Source: an uncultured Pigmentiphaga sp.
Lineage (GTDB): Bacteria > Pseudomonadota > Gammaproteobacteria > Burkholderiales > Burkholderiaceae_B
Assembly (NCBI GenBank): GCA_937891425.1
Contig: CALAGD010000051.1
Span: 9,956 to 73,955 of the forward strand
Length of the DNA: 64,000 nucleotides
Direction of reading: 5' to 3'
The translations under genes and the position numbers were made by a program. The notes beneath the pieces are model-generated. The model had not been told where the DNA came from and ran no database searches. It worked only from the letters and a program-made list of their open reading frames with translations. Shown one piece after another: positions 40,936 to 52,212 of this stretch (within the stretch, counting starts at the first letter, position 1; every line of letters begins with the position of its first letter).

Positions 40936-42651
40936 TCAGCGCCGGCGAGCGGGCACCGTCCCGTGCGGTGTGCCCCCTGATGGTGCCGCCGGGCCGGGAA
41001 TGGCGTCAGCCGAAGTCAGCTCACCCACGGCGTGCGCCAGGTTCACTGCTGCGGACAATGCTGCCGCATAGGCATCGACTTCGGCCATCCGGGCCGCAAG
41101 CAGATCGATCATGGCTTCGCTGGCGACGGTCAGTGTGCCCACGCCATGGCGATAGGCCTCCAGGGCAGCGTCGTAGGTGGTAGCCGACGCCACCGCCCAG
41201 GCGCGCGCCGCCTCATGCGCCTGCAGCGCGGTCTTCAGCGTACTGGACGTCGACACCAGGTTCATCACGGCGGTGTCCTGCGCCTGCCGCCATAACGCCT
41301 GCGCTTCGTCGGCGCGGGCGCGCGCCGCATGCAGGTGCTGCTCACGCAGCCCGCCGTCGTATAGCGGGAAAGTAACGCCCAGCAGCACACCGGCCGAACT
41401 GATGGGCTGGCCCAGCAGCGACAGGCCGTTCACGTTGAGGTGGTGATGAGTGACAGCGGTCACGCCGGTCAGAAACAGCTTGGGCGCAAACGCCGCCTCG
41501 GCCGCCGTCACTGCGGCCTGCGCGGCCTGGGCCGCGGCGTAGGCACTCAACACATCAGGGCGGCGTGCCAGCACGTCGTGCACGGCACGCTCTGCCTGCT
41601 CGTACAGCGATCGTGGCAATTCCCGTTGCGGCAACGGCACGATCTCGAGCTTCGTATCGGGACGCAGTCCCACGGCGGCGATCAATGCCTGATAGGCGTC
41701 CCGCTCCAGCCCCTCGGCCTGCACTTGAGTGAGCCGGGTCTGCGCGACCTGCCGGCGTGCCTGCGCAAGTTCTACCGTAGTAGCTACGCCCTGCTTCAGC
41801 CGCGCCTCCACCGCCTGCAGCACGGTTTGCGCGTTGGCATGCGCTTCCGCTGCGACGCGGGAGCGTATGCGGGCAGTGTCGTAGTTGTAATAGGCGAGCG
41901 CCACCGCCTGGATCAGCCGCTGGTGTGCCGCCTGGAACTGCACGTTAGCAGCGAACGAGAGGTGCCGCGCGGCCTCGACGCGGGCGGTCCGTTCCCCGAA
42001 GTCGAACAGCAGCCACTGTAGCGTCAGGGCCGGTATCACGCCCGAAGTGGTGGTACGTATGGAGTCGATGTCACCCAGGGCAATGGGCAGTGGCGACTCG
42101 GTGCGCTGCCAGCCGCCCACCACGGCCGCGGTGACCATGGGCAGGTAGAGCGCCTCGGCGAGTCCTACCGCACTGGCCGCCTGCCGTGCCTGTTCCCAGG
42201 CGATGCGCGTGACAGGACTCAGACGCTGTGCAAGGTCGATCAGCTCGGGCAAAGTCACCGGGTGATCCGGAATGGCCACGTCGGCAGGCTGCATCTGCCC
42301 CGCAGGCGATACCGCTGGCAACGAAAACACCGGGCGCATACCCTGCCCCGAAGTGCCCGGCCCTGCACCTGGACCTGCCGTTTGGCGGCCGGCACCGCCC
42401 GCCTGTTTACCCCCCTCGCCCGCCCCACGCATGTCTGCGAGCGGCCGCGAGGCCTGCTCCAGAACGGAAGATGACGGCACCCACGGCACCGAGGGATCAG
42501 GAGCGTAGTCGCGTGTACCGGGCAGCTGGCATCCACCAAGACCCAGGCTCGCGGTCAGCGCCGCGGCGACCAGGGCGCGCCGGGACAGACATGTTTCGAA
42601 CAGGGCTGGGGCAATCGAGGCCATGGTTTGCTTGTGGATCAACGAAATCAC
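40936..42651 (-). CDS. Efflux outer-membrane factor lipoprotein (TolC/NodT family)
   Basis: Lipobox LGLGG|C and two OEP-type repeats. GTG start overlaps the FUSC stop (GTGA). Confidence 0.85.
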   Translation of the reverse strand: MISLIHKQTMASIAPALFETCLSRRALVAAALTASLGLGGCQLPGTRDYAPDPSVPWVPSSSVLEQASRPLADMRGAGEGGKQAGGAGRQTAGPGAGPGTSGQGMRPVFSLPAVSPAGQMQPADVAIPDHPVTLPELIDLAQRLSPVTRIAWEQARQAASAVGLAEALYLPMVTAAVVGGWQRTESPLPIALGDIDSIRTTTSGVIPALTLQWLLFDFGERTARVEAARHLSFAANVQFQAAHQRLIQAVALAYYNYDTARIRSRVAAEAHANAQTVLQAVEARLKQGVATTVELAQARRQVAQTRLTQVQAEGLERDAYQALIAAVGLRPDTKLEIVPLPQRELPRSLYEQAERAVHDVLARRPDVLSAYAAAQAAQAAVTAAEAAFAPKLFLTGVTAVTHHHLNVNGLSLLGQPISSAGVLLGVTFPLYDGGLREQHLHAARARADEAQALWRQAQDTAVMNLVSTSSTLKTALQAHEAARAWAVASATTYDAALEAYRHGVGTLTVASEAMIDLLAARMAEVDAYAAALSAAVNLAHAVGELTSADAIPGPAAPSGGTPHGTVPARRR

Positions 42652-44546
42652 GTCTGCAGCGAAGCTTGTGGCAAGCCCGACGACGCGGACGGCACCTGAC
42701 TGATGCGGGCAATATGAAGCTCAGCTTCGTCCAGAGCTTCGTGCAGCTGTCGCCAGTCCACCTGGTCCGGACGCTGTGAGCGTGGCTCGAACGGAGCATA
42801 CTGGGCTATTTCACGGATGGCACCGATTTTCTGGTAGAGGGCTGCAGCAGCGGCCGTACGCCCGATCTCGTGCTCCGCCGGAATCCGTACGAAGTCGTGC
42901 ACTCCTTGCGTGACTTCGCGCAGCATGCGGTGACAAACTCGGCCCACGCCCGCAGGCCAGATCTGGGTGAATACGACGAACATCACCACATTGCCCAGCA
43001 ACACCCCCCAGATGCGGTCCATCGCCACGCTGATCTGAGGGTCGGGCCCAAAACCCTGCAGCACCGTGAGCAGGAAGGCAAGGGCGATCTGGACCCCAGC
43101 GTACGAAATGCGTTCGGGCCCGCTCGCCACCCAGGCAGCCAGCAGGCAGCCCAGGAACAGAAGGAAGCCCAGCTCACCCACGCCCGACATGGACGGTATG
43201 ATGTAGTGGGCAGAGAAAATGCCCAGCGCCGCACCGATGAGACAGCCGATGATGCGCAGCGTCAGCTTGTGTACCGTTTCTGCCGTCGTGCCCAGTGCTA
43301 CGACGTAACAGGTGATCATCGCCGTATGGATGTCCTGCCAGTCGATCGCCGTATAGATGAGATAGGCGATGAGCGCGGCGAGTGTCGTCTTGAGCGCGTA
43401 ACGGATGTAATCCGGATTGGTGAGTGCATCCGGCACCAGAAATGGCTGCTTGGCCGGCGCATCGTCCGGGCGCTGGCTGGTGTCGCCCGCCAGACGCTGC
43501 AGGCTACGCACGAGCAACGCGCGCCTGCCTGACGGAACTGCACTCTTGCCGGGCGAATCAGTTCCTGCCGCGGCTGCGTGGGTTGCTGTCGCTGATGGTG
43601 GCACCCACCCCTCGCGCAATTCGCGCGCACGCGCGCGCACCCTGTCAGCAAGATGCCGCAGGTCTTCGGGTGTATCTTCGCCCGGCACGACCGCGAGCCC
43701 CTGCCCATCTCCGCCTAGGGCGGGCGCCACCGCCAGCATGGCCTGGTAAGTGGCGCTGACGGCGGTTGCCAGATAGCGGGATTCGTCGGACGGGCATACA
43801 TGCACCAGCCTGAGCAAGGCGACGCGCTTGTCGAGCTCCGCGTTCCCCTCTTCCAGCAGTTCGCGCAGCTCCTGCAGCACCTCGGTCTGGCCGGGCTGCT
43901 CCAGGAGGGTTGCCACTACCTCGAGACGACGGGCGAGCCGCTCGCGGAGTGCCCGCACCGGGTTGAGCGGCACCAGCATGATGAACGCCACGAGGATCGC
44001 CATGGGCGTGGCAGCCATCAGCCAGGCATACAGGATGCCCCGGGTGAGTACCTCGCCCATGGGCACATAGTTGAACAGGGTGATGAGAAACGCAAACACC
44101 AGCGCCAGAATGCTGCCTGCCGGCCCGACCTGGCTGGCCACGCCCAGCCACATGAACAGCACCGATAGCAGCACGATCACCGCCAGGCGCAAGGGTGGCG
44201 ACTCGAGCGTGAGATTGCTGATGACGAACATGAGTGCGACTGCTACCGAGACCAGCACGATGACCCCGATACCCATCACCACGCTCTCGACCGAATCGGG
44301 CTTGAGGATGAAGAAGATGAGATAGCACCCGATGGCGGCCAGCGGAATCTGATAGGTCATGAAGACCACGCCGGTGAGCGCGCACAGCACGGCCGTACGC
44401 CAGGTCAGCGCCCAGCGTTCGGGCGAATACCGAAGATCGGCGCGCACCGTCCGCCACAGCTCGCCTGGCGGGGGTGGCGGCAGCGGGTGGGCGCCTGGGT
44501 TACCGGCCCGCGCTGCCGTGCGGTGGACGTCAGCAGTCGGTTTCAT
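42648..44546 (-). CDS. FUSC-family (fusaric acid resistance / AaeB-like) inner-membrane efflux protein
   Basis: About 630 aa with two polytopic halves separated by a cytoplasmic region, positioned between the HlyD and OMF genes. Start taken at MKPTADV (ATG 44546). Confidence 0.8.
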   Translation of the reverse strand: MKPTADVHRTAARAGNPGAHPLPPPPPGELWRTVRADLRYSPERWALTWRTAVLCALTGVVFMTYQIPLAAIGCYLIFFILKPDSVESVVMGIGVIVLVSVAVALMFVISNLTLESPPLRLAVIVLLSVLFMWLGVASQVGPAGSILALVFAFLITLFNYVPMGEVLTRGILYAWLMAATPMAILVAFIMLVPLNPVRALRERLARRLEVVATLLEQPGQTEVLQELRELLEEGNAELDKRVALLRLVHVCPSDESRYLATAVSATYQAMLAVAPALGGDGQGLAVVPGEDTPEDLRHLADRVRARARELREGWVPPSATATHAAAAGTDSPGKSAVPSGRRALLVRSLQRLAGDTSQRPDDAPAKQPFLVPDALTNPDYIRYALKTTLAALIAYLIYTAIDWQDIHTAMITCYVVALGTTAETVHKLTLRIIGCLIGAALGIFSAHYIIPSMSGVGELGFLLFLGCLLAAWVASGPERISYAGVQIALAFLLTVLQGFGPDPQISVAMDRIWGVLLGNVVMFVVFTQIWPAGVGRVCHRMLREVTQGVHDFVRIPAEHEIGRTAAAAALYQKIGAIREIAQYAPFEPRSQRPDQVDWRQLHEALDEAELHIARISQVPSASSGLPQASLQT

Positions 44547-45591
44547 CGTGCAACCGTACGATGGCTGAGGCCCCGACACGCATGAGGTCGGCCGGCGGGT
44601 CTTTCAGGAGTACCCGCACGGGGAACCGTTGGGCTACCCGCACCCAGTCGAGCGATTTCGGCACGTAAGGCAGACCACGGGGAATTTCGAGCAGGCTGGT
44701 GGAAGTGACGCCCCAACCGATGTTCACGACGCGCCCTGAAATCGCCACCGTGGGCTGGCTCATGACGAAGACAGTGGCGCACATTCCATCATGAATGCGT
44801 CCGAGCACGGTCTCCCGGAACAGTGCCGAGGCGTACCACTTATTGGTGACGATAAGGGTGAACACGGACTGGTCGGGCGCAATGTACTCGCCGGTGGTGA
44901 CATTCAGGCCCACGACCCGCCCTGCATGAGGAGCGTAAACGCGAGTGTCCGCCAGTGCGCGCTCTGCAAGAGCCAGGGCTGCCTCCTGGGCCTGCACGGC
45001 CGCTCGTGCTCCTTCCAGGCTGCCGACGAGGTCCTCGGCCGCCCGTGCGGCCGCCTCGGCCTGGGCCAGGCTGGCCGCAGCATTGTCACGCAGGGTACGC
45101 GCATCATCGAGCTGTTGGGCCGTAACGTATCCCTTCGCGGCCAGGGGCCGCAGCCGTGCCAGTGTCTGTTCGGCCAGTGCCAGATTCACGCGTGCCCGTT
45201 CGATCTGCTGGTCGGCCACAACGACATTCGACTTTTCCGCATTGATTGACCGTTCCCGTGTGGCAAGCGCTGCCTTGGCAAGCTCCAGCTGGGCTCGCGC
45301 CGCGGCGACCTGCAGCCGGTAGGACTCGTCGTCGAGCGCGAACAGTAGCTGGCCGGCCTCCACGAGGCTGCCTTCCTGGACATGCAGTTCGCGAATGCGC
45401 CCTGGAACGGGCGTGCTGACGTGTACCAGGTCGGCCAGGACGATGGCATCTTCCGAAAGGGGATTACGCTCTACATCGCGCCAGTGCCAGACACCGAGCA
45501 CGACGGCTCCCGCCAGAAAAACAAGTGCAAGTGCCCGGGCCAGCTGCTGCCGTATGGTTGAGGCGGGACGGGAAGATGCAGAGTTGTTCAT
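44530..45591 (-). CDS. HlyD-family periplasmic adaptor (AaeA-like)
   Basis: N-terminal TM, a biotinyl-lipoyl-like segment (VSTPVPGRIRELHVQEGSLVEAGQLLFALD), a coiled coil and a beta-barrel. ATG 45591 (ORF opens at GTG 45603). Confidence 0.85.
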   Translation of the reverse strand: MNNSASSRPASTIRQQLARALALVFLAGAVVLGVWHWRDVERNPLSEDAIVLADLVHVSTPVPGRIRELHVQEGSLVEAGQLLFALDDESYRLQVAAARAQLELAKAALATRERSINAEKSNVVVADQQIERARVNLALAEQTLARLRPLAAKGYVTAQQLDDARTLRDNAAASLAQAEAAARAAEDLVGSLEGARAAVQAQEAALALAERALADTRVYAPHAGRVVGLNVTTGEYIAPDQSVFTLIVTNKWYASALFRETVLGRIHDGMCATVFVMSQPTVAISGRVVNIGWGVTSTSLLEIPRGLPYVPKSLDWVRVAQRFPVRVLLKDPPADLMRVGASAIVRLHDETDC

Positions 45592-45642
45592 CGGGACCTG
45601 CACTACGGCAATGCGGGTGAATGCGTTGGGCCAACGAGACGC

Positions 45643-45858
45643 TCAGGGCAGGCGCCAACCGAATAGAAGCAACGCGAAGGTGAAGGCCAGCGCCAGCGCG
45701 GCATAGGATACGACGCGAAATGGCATGTAATCGTCGATGCCGACCCGGATGAGCACTGCGCGGCACACCACGCTCGCCAGGATTCCCACCACCAGATACA
45801 GCATCCAGATGGGGAAGTAGGAGCCAGTGATCTCGATCTCGGGGGCGTGCTCTGCCAT
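45643..45858 (-). CDS. DUF1656 (AaeX-like) small membrane protein
   Basis: 71 aa from ATG 45858: MAEHAPEIEITGSYFPIWMLYLVVGILASVV...; two TM, first gene of the efflux operon, as aaeX is in aaeXAB. Confidence 0.6.
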   Translation of the reverse strand: MAEHAPEIEITGSYFPIWMLYLVVGILASVVCRAVLIRVGIDDYMPFRVVSYAALALAFTFALLLFGWRLP

Positions 45859-46225
45859 GCACGACCCCGTCGCGGCAACAAAAACCGCCAGTGCCATGAT
45901 GGCCTGGCGGCCCAGTGCGGAAAAGACGGCCGAGTACGGTACGTGCCGTGCCTGCTGCCAGTGCGACATGGAGCACGTATGCGGGCCATGACGGAAACGG
46001 CGTACCCGACCTCTTGCAGAATACGTTGAAATGGGCACCCCACCCTCCAGCGCACGGCAACCCACCGTACGTAAACGTTCTCAATGCTGGCCCGAGTGGC
46101 GCCTCAGGCGTATCATCGAGTATAGCAAGAAGACCTGTCCGCACATAAGGCTCATTCAGGGCCGGACATATGAGCACTGGCGTGCCGCAGGCCAGGCCGC
46201 ATGTATGAACATAAAGCGTGATTCC

Positions 46226-46264
46226 AGAAAAAAACAGCATGTCGCGTACTCACGACATGCTGTT
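46226..46264 (-). terminator. Rho-independent terminator of pgk
   Basis: Perfect 12-bp stem AACAGCATGTCG / CGACATGCTGTT with an 8-nt loop, followed on the minus strand by a T7 run, about 60 nt after the pgk stop. Confidence 0.8.
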
Positions 46265-46324
46265 CGAACATGAGCCTGGCCTTGCGCGGCGACGCTGGGC
46301 CCGAAAACGCGGACCGGGTACGGC

Positions 46325-47518
46325 TCAACCGGCGGCGCGCTCCTGCAGCACGGCAACGGCCGGCAGCGTCTTGCCCTCAAGGAACTCGAGGAAGGCGCCC
46401 CCTCCGGTAGAGATGTATCCGATCTGTTCGCCTACACCGTACTTGGCGATTGCCGCGAGGGTATCGCCACCGCCGGCCAGCGAAAATGCCTTCGACTCGG
46501 CTATGGCACGGGCCAGGGTTTCAGTGCCCTTGCCAAAGGCATCGAACTCGAACACCCCGACCGGACCGTTCCAGACGACAGTACCCGCGTTGCGGACGAT
46601 GTCGGCCAGACGTTGCGCAGTTTTCGGGCCGATGTCGAGGATGAGGTCGTCGTCTGCGACGTCTGTCGCCGCCTTCACCTCGGGGGTGGCGTTGGCGGAG
46701 AACTCCTTGGCACATACCACATCTTCAGGAATGGGTACTTCTGCACCGCGTTTGCGCATGAGCTCGATGAGTGCCCTGGCCTCGTCAACCTGACCCGGTT
46801 CAACCAGCGACTTGCCGACCGGCAGGCCAGCAGCCAGCATGAAGGTGTTGGCGATGCCGCCCCCCACGATCAGCTGATCGACCTTGTCGGCCAGCGCGCG
46901 CAGCACGCTGAGCTTGGTGGATACCTTGGAGCCGCCCACAATGGCTACCATGGGGCGCGCCGGCGATTCGAGCGCCTTGCCCAGGGCTTCCAGCTCGGCG
47001 GCCATGAGCGGGCCGGCGCAAACCTGGGGCGCAAACTTCGCCATGCCGTGGGTAGTTGCCTCGGCGCGATGGGCGGTGCCGAACGCGTCGTTCACGTAAA
47101 CGTCGCACAGTGCCGCCATCTTGCGGGCAAGGGTCTCGTCGTTCTTCTTTTCACCGACGTTGCAGCGGCAGTTCTCCAGCAGCACGACCTGCCCGGGCTC
47201 CACCTCGACCCCATCGACCCAATCCTGCACCAGGGTGACCGGCTGACCGAGCAGTTCGGACAGTCGGACGGCCACCGGGGCCAGTGTGTCTTCGGGCTTG
47301 AGCTGGCCTTCAGTGGGTCGCCCGAGGTGGGAGGTGACCATGACCGCCGCGCCTGCTTCCAGGGCCGTCCGTACCGCGGGCACCGACGCACGAATGCGGG
47401 TGTCTTCGGTAATGTTGCCGGCGTCGTCCTGCGGGACGTTGAGGTCGGCGCGGATGAATACACGCTTGCCCCGCAGTGCCCCGCTCTTTGCGAGTTGTTC
47501 GAGAGTTAGGATCGCCAT
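46325..47518 (-). CDS. pgk: Phosphoglycerate kinase
   Basis: 397 aa; [11 protein letters not shown], ...GGGDT..A motifs. Confidence 0.97.
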   Translation of the reverse strand: MAILTLEQLAKSGALRGKRVFIRADLNVPQDDAGNITEDTRIRASVPAVRTALEAGAAVMVTSHLGRPTEGQLKPEDTLAPVAVRLSELLGQPVTLVQDWVDGVEVEPGQVVLLENCRCNVGEKKNDETLARKMAALCDVYVNDAFGTAHRAEATTHGMAKFAPQVCAGPLMAAELEALGKALESPARPMVAIVGGSKVSTKLSVLRALADKVDQLIVGGGIANTFMLAAGLPVGKSLVEPGQVDEARALIELMRKRGAEVPIPEDVVCAKEFSANATPEVKAATDVADDDLILDIGPKTAQRLADIVRNAGTVVWNGPVGVFEFDAFGKGTETLARAIAESKAFSLAGGGDTLAAIAKYGVGEQIGYISTGGGAFLEFLEGKTLPAVAVLQERAAG

Positions 47519-47531
47519 GGTCGCAGCACGC

Positions 47532-48542
47532 TTACTTGGCGTTCATCAGGGCCACGGTGGTGTCGAGCATGCGGTTGGAGAAGCCCCACTCGTTGTCGTA
47601 CCAGCTGGACACCTTCACCAGGCGGCCGGAGACTTTGGTGAGCGTGGCATCGAACACGCTGGACGCCGGATTGTGGTTGAAGTCGACCGAAACGAGCTGC
47701 TCGGTGTTGTACTCGAGAATGCCCTTGAGATCACCTTCCGCAGCTTCCTTCATGATGGCATTGACCTCTTCCACCGTGGTGTCGCGCGAGGCGATGAACG
47801 ACAGGTCGACGATCGACACGTTGATGGTCGGAACGCGGATGGCGTAGCCGTCGAGGCGGCCGTTGAGTTCCGGCAGCACCAGACCGACGGCCGAAGCCGC
47901 ACCCGTCTTGGTGGGGATCATGCTCTGGGTGGCGGAACGCGCGCGGCGCAGGTCACTGTGATAGACGTCTGTGAGGACCTGGTCGTTCGTGTAGGCGTGC
48001 ACCGTGGTCATGAGCCCATTCTCGAGGCCGATCTTCCGGTGCAGTGGCAGAACCAGCGGAGCCAGGCAGTTGGTGGTGCACGAGGCGTTCGAAATGACCG
48101 TATGTTCCGGCTTCAGGACGTTGTGGTTGACGCCGTACACCACGGTCGCATCGACGTCCTTGCCGCCCGGCGCGGAGATGATGACCTTGCGCGCGCCTGC
48201 CTTCAGATGGGCACTGGCCTTCTCCTTCGAGGTGAACAGGCCGGTGCACTCGAGCACGACGTCGACATTCAGCTCGCCCCAGGGCAGCTGGGAGGGATCA
48301 CGCTGCGCCAGAACGCGGATGCGGTCGCCGTTGACGATCATGTCGGCGCCGTCGACCTCGACCTTGCCCGCAAACCTGCCATGAGCGGTATCGTACTGGG
48401 TAAGGTGGGCGTTGATCCTGGAGTCGCCAAGATCGTTGATCGCCACGATTTCGATATCGTGCTTCTTACCGCTCTCGTAGTGGGCGCGCAGAATGTTGCG
48501 GCCGATTCGGCCATAGCCGTTGATGGCTACACGAATGGTCAT
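47532..48542 (-). CDS. gap: Glyceraldehyde-3-phosphate dehydrogenase (type I)
   Basis: [10 protein letters not shown] and the active site [12 protein letters not shown]. Confidence 0.97.
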   Translation of the reverse strand: MTIRVAINGYGRIGRNILRAHYESGKKHDIEIVAINDLGDSRINAHLTQYDTAHGRFAGKVEVDGADMIVNGDRIRVLAQRDPSQLPWGELNVDVVLECTGLFTSKEKASAHLKAGARKVIISAPGGKDVDATVVYGVNHNVLKPEHTVISNASCTTNCLAPLVLPLHRKIGLENGLMTTVHAYTNDQVLTDVYHSDLRRARSATQSMIPTKTGAASAVGLVLPELNGRLDGYAIRVPTINVSIVDLSFIASRDTTVEEVNAIMKEAAEGDLKGILEYNTEQLVSVDFNHNPASSVFDATLTKVSGRLVKVSSWYDNEWGFSNRMLDTTVALMNAK

Positions 48543-48583
48543 GCTCGGACTCCTGTGGTTCTTGACTCAAAACGCAAATTCGA

Positions 48584-50638
48584 TCAGGCAAGTACGCTCT
48601 TGACGGCCGCAGCAACCGCTTCCGCCGTAATTCCGAAATGCTTGAACAACACGCCGGCCGGCGCGGATTCACCAAAGGTATCGAGGCCGACGACGGCGCC
48701 ATCGAGGCCAACATACTTGCGCCAGTAATCGGTGACGCCCGCTTCAACCGCCACGCGCGGCAACTGCGGGGGCAAAACCTGGACGCGCCAGGCTTCGTCC
48801 TGAGCGTCGAAGACCTCGGTGCAGGGCATGGACACCACACGCACGGGTATGCCTTCCTGCTGGAGCATCCGCTGTGCTTCCAGCGCCAGCGACACTTCCG
48901 AACCGGTAGCGATGATCACGGCACGTGCCCCTTCGGCATCGCGCAGGACATAGCCGCCACGCGCGACATGCGCGATAGTAGCCTCGTCGCGCTCGATGAA
49001 GGGCAGGTTCTGCCGTGACAGCAGCAGTGCCGAGGGACCGCCCTGCCGTACCCGCATGCCCACGCTGGCGGGTCGCTGGACAGCTGCACCCCAGGCAACG
49101 GCCGTCTCGACCGTATCGCAGGGACGCCATACGTGCAGGTTGGGGATGAGGCGCAGGCTTGCCGCGTGTTCTACCGCCTGGTGCGTGGGACCGTCTTCTC
49201 CCACGCCGATGGAATCATGCGTGAATACGTGCACCACGCGCTGCTTCATGAGCGCCGCCATGCGGATCGCGTTGCGCGAATAGTCGGAGAACGTGAGGAA
49301 GGTACCGCCAAACGGCAGATACCCCCCGTGCAGGGCCAGCCCGTTCATGATGGCAGCCATGCCGAATTCGCGCACCCCATAGTTGATGTGGCGGCCCGCC
49401 TGGAACGAGGTGCCATCGGGGCCACCGCGCACGGGCTGGGCGCCCTTCCAGTCGGTAAAGTTCGACCCGGTGAGGTCGGCCGAGCCGCCGACCAGTTCGG
49501 GCAGGAGCTCGACCAGAGCTGCGATGACCTGTTGCGAGGCCTTGCGCGTGGCTACGGTTTCGGCCTTCTGCGCGGTAGCGCGGAGGATGTCGGCAAACGC
49601 CTGCGCGAAGTGCGTCGGCAACTCGCCCTGCATGCGCCGCGTGAATTCGGCAGCCTCATGCGGATAGACAGCGGCATAGGCGTCGAACCGTTGCTGCCAC
49701 TGTGTGTACAGCTGCTCTCCCCGCTGGCGTGCATCCCACGCCTGACGCACTTCGGCCGGAATCTCGTAGGGAGGATAGGGCCAGCCCAGCGCCTGCCGGG
49801 CAGCCTGAATTTCAGCTTCGCCCAGGGGCGCGCCGTGAACTTTCTCGGTACCGGCCATGGTAGGTGCGCCCTTGCCGATGACCGTACGGCATTCGATGAG
49901 CGTGGGCCCCGACATGTTGCGCCTGGCTGCCTCGATGGCCTGCGCTACCGCCTCGATGTCGTGGCCATCAACACCTCGGATGACATTCCAGCCGTACGCC
50001 TCGAACCGCTTGCAGGTATCGTCGCCGAACCAGTGCTCGACCTCGCCATCGATGGAGATGCCGTTCGAATCGTACAGGACGATGAGCCGGGAGAGCTTGA
50101 GCGTACCCGCAAGCGAGCAGGCCTCGTGCGAGATGCCCTCCATGAGGCAGCCATCGCCCACGATGGCATAGGTGTAGTGATCGACGATGGTGTGACCGGG
50201 GCGGTTGAACTCGGCCGCCAGAAGTCGTTCGGCCAACGCCATGCCTACCGCATTGGCCAGCCCTTGGCCGAGCGGACCTGTAGTGGTTTCCACGCCAGCC
50301 GTGATGCCGACCTCCGGGTGCCCGGGCGTGCGCGAATGCAACTGACGGAAATTGCGGATTTCGTCGATGGGCAGGTCGTACCCCGTGAGGTGCAACAGCG
50401 CGTACAGCAGCATCGAAGCGTGCCCGTTCGAGAGCACGAAGCGATCGCGATCGGGCCAGGTGGGATTGAGCGGATGATGCCTCAGGTGCCGGTGCCACAG
50501 CGCCGTAGCCACTTCGGCCAGCCCCATGGGCGCCCCCGGGTGACCCGACCTGGCCTGTTGCACCGCGTCCATGGCGAGCGCCCGGATAGCATTGGCCATG
50601 TGGGCCGTGATAGATTGAGGGGGAAGAGATTCACTCAT
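48584..50638 (-). CDS. tkt: Transketolase
   Basis: 684 aa; [17 protein letters not shown](I)[11 protein letters not shown] motifs. Confidence 0.97.
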   Translation of the reverse strand: MSESLPPQSITAHMANAIRALAMDAVQQARSGHPGAPMGLAEVATALWHRHLRHHPLNPTWPDRDRFVLSNGHASMLLYALLHLTGYDLPIDEIRNFRQLHSRTPGHPEVGITAGVETTTGPLGQGLANAVGMALAERLLAAEFNRPGHTIVDHYTYAIVGDGCLMEGISHEACSLAGTLKLSRLIVLYDSNGISIDGEVEHWFGDDTCKRFEAYGWNVIRGVDGHDIEAVAQAIEAARRNMSGPTLIECRTVIGKGAPTMAGTEKVHGAPLGEAEIQAARQALGWPYPPYEIPAEVRQAWDARQRGEQLYTQWQQRFDAYAAVYPHEAAEFTRRMQGELPTHFAQAFADILRATAQKAETVATRKASQQVIAALVELLPELVGGSADLTGSNFTDWKGAQPVRGGPDGTSFQAGRHINYGVREFGMAAIMNGLALHGGYLPFGGTFLTFSDYSRNAIRMAALMKQRVVHVFTHDSIGVGEDGPTHQAVEHAASLRLIPNLHVWRPCDTVETAVAWGAAVQRPASVGMRVRQGGPSALLLSRQNLPFIERDEATIAHVARGGYVLRDAEGARAVIIATGSEVSLALEAQRMLQQEGIPVRVVSMPCTEVFDAQDEAWRVQVLPPQLPRVAVEAGVTDYWRKYVGLDGAVVGLDTFGESAPAGVLFKHFGITAEAVAAAVKSVLA

Positions 50639-50832
50639 AACGCTCGATTCGACTCAGTGCAACCCAAACCTGGCATTTTAACGTGATTCCTGCCAGCGCC
50701 GGTTTCGGGCCTGCCTGACCGGCAGACGCCCCCTGCCCGCGTCACCGCGCACGGCACGTCAGCATGCATGCCACGGCGCTTCATGTCCTTGCGCCAGCCC
50801 CGCACGAACCGGAACCCTTCCCTGTAGTCCTT

Positions 50833-51576
50833 ATGCCTGAACCGCGTTTTTTTGTCGATACACCACTGCGCCCCGGGGCACGCATCGAATTGCCCGAATC
50901 CGTCGCCCATCATGCCATTCGCGTCCTGCGCCTCGAGCCGGGCAGTCCCATCATCCTGTTCAACGGCCAGGGCGGCAGCTGGTCTGCCATCCTGCACATC
51001 GAAGCACGCCGTGCCAGCGCGCAGCTCGTTGACCACGATGCGCACGAGGTGGAGCTGCCCGGTCGCGTAACCCTGGTACAGGGCATTCCGGGCGGCGACA
51101 AGATGGATTTCGTGATCGAGAAGGCGACTGAACTCGGAGCTACCGGTCTCGCGCCGATCGCCGCACAACGCAGCATCGTCAAACTGAGCGGTCCCCGTCT
51201 GGAGAAACGCCTGCAGCACTGGCAACGGGTCGCGATCGCCGCGTGCGAGCAGTGCGGCCGCAACCGGGTACCCGGCGTCACATTCCCGCTGTCACTGGCC
51301 GAGTGGATGCATCAGCATGCAACCGCACATGACCGCGTGCTCATCGCCCACCCCGAGGGAGGCATCACGCTGAACGAAGCACTGGCAGAGGTGCCGCTGC
51401 AGGGAGCTCTGGCTTTGCTGGTGGGACCGGAAGGAGGATGGTCGGAACAGGAGTTGCAGGGGGCGATTCAGCTGGGCGCGCTGCCGGTCCGCTTTGGCCC
51501 ACGCATTCTGCGCACCGAAACCGCGGGACTGGCGCTGCTTGCGGCGAGTTGCGCCGTGCTGGGATGGAATGGCTAG
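50833..51576 (+). CDS. rsmE: 16S rRNA (uracil1498-N3)-methyltransferase
   Basis: PRFFVD N-terminus and C-terminal LLVGPEGGWSEQE...LGPRILRTETA. Start at MPEPRFF (ATG 50833). Confidence 0.85.
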   Translation: MPEPRFFVDTPLRPGARIELPESVAHHAIRVLRLEPGSPIILFNGQGGSWSAILHIEARRASAQLVDHDAHEVELPGRVTLVQGIPGGDKMDFVIEKATELGATGLAPIAAQRSIVKLSGPRLEKRLQHWQRVAIAACEQCGRNRVPGVTFPLSLAEWMHQHATAHDRVLIAHPEGGITLNEALAEVPLQGALALLVGPEGGWSEQELQGAIQLGALPVRFGPRILRTETAGLALLAASCAVLGWNG

Positions 51577-51656
51577 CTAGCGCGCCCTGCTGGCCCTCAG
51601 GAGCGCGCTGCCGGCACCGGACGTATGGGATGATGCCGGCGCCGCGGCCATGGCGA

Positions 51657-52079
51657 TCAGACGGCGTAGGCCATGACCCGATTGTTGTCGCGCACGTATT
51701 CGACCGCGTCGGCGAACGTTTCGAGCAGCGCGTCGACATGGGGAGCAATGCCGGGCTCTTCCGTGTTCAGCCCCCGCAGGATGACCAGGGCCCCGCGCGG
51801 CTGGTCGAGCACCGTGCCCGTCAGGCAGTCGAGCAAGGCGTCGAGATTGCTGCCAAAGTACTCCGGATAATCAACGGCATTGGCAATGGCGCGCAATACC
51901 GCGGACAGCGACTTGGCCTTGCTGCAGTCGGCTTCAAAAACGGCGTACCCCAGAGACTGAGCCCGTTCGACCAGTTCGGGCGCGGACCCGTCCACGCGGC
52001 CGCCTGCCTGCAACTGCTCCTCAATGGATTCGTGCATAGATGTCACAATGACTCCCAACTTACTTCTGAAATCCGGCAA
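51657..52079 (-). CDS. Barstar-family (RNase inhibitor) protein
   Basis: YPEYFGSNLDALLDCLTG closely matches the barstar core LPEYYGENLDALWDCLTG. The likely start is GTG 52049 (SD GGGAGTCATT) or ATG 52037. Confidence 0.7.
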   Translation of the reverse strand: MPDFRSKLGVIVTSMHESIEEQLQAGGRVDGSAPELVERAQSLGYAVFEADCSKAKSLSAVLRAIANAVDYPEYFGSNLDALLDCLTGTVLDQPRGALVILRGLNTEEPGIAPHVDALLETFADAVEYVRDNNRVMAYAV

Positions 52080-52128
52080 TCCGGAAATGCATGCAACGGC
52101 AAGACTTTGCCTTTGGCGCGATTAAACC

Positions 52129-52163
52129 GCGAAAACGCCCCATTGTGCACAAGGCGTTTTCGC
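52129..52163 (-). terminator. Probable terminator of maeB
   Basis: GCGAAAACGCC-13 nt-GGCGTTTTCGC, an 11-bp stem about 50 nt after the maeB stop. On the minus strand it is followed by GGTTTAAT. Confidence 0.5.
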
Positions 52164-52212
52164 GCCCTGTTGTGCTGACGTCACACGGCGCCATGTACGC
52201 ACGATCCGGTAT

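Noticed and set aside
45859-46065. Longer 140-aa version of the DUF1656 protein, including a lipoprotein-like MALAVFVAATGSC
   Set aside because: DUF1656/AaeX proteins are about 65-75 aa, and family similarity starts at MAEHAPEIEITGSYFP. The extension looks like translated leader.
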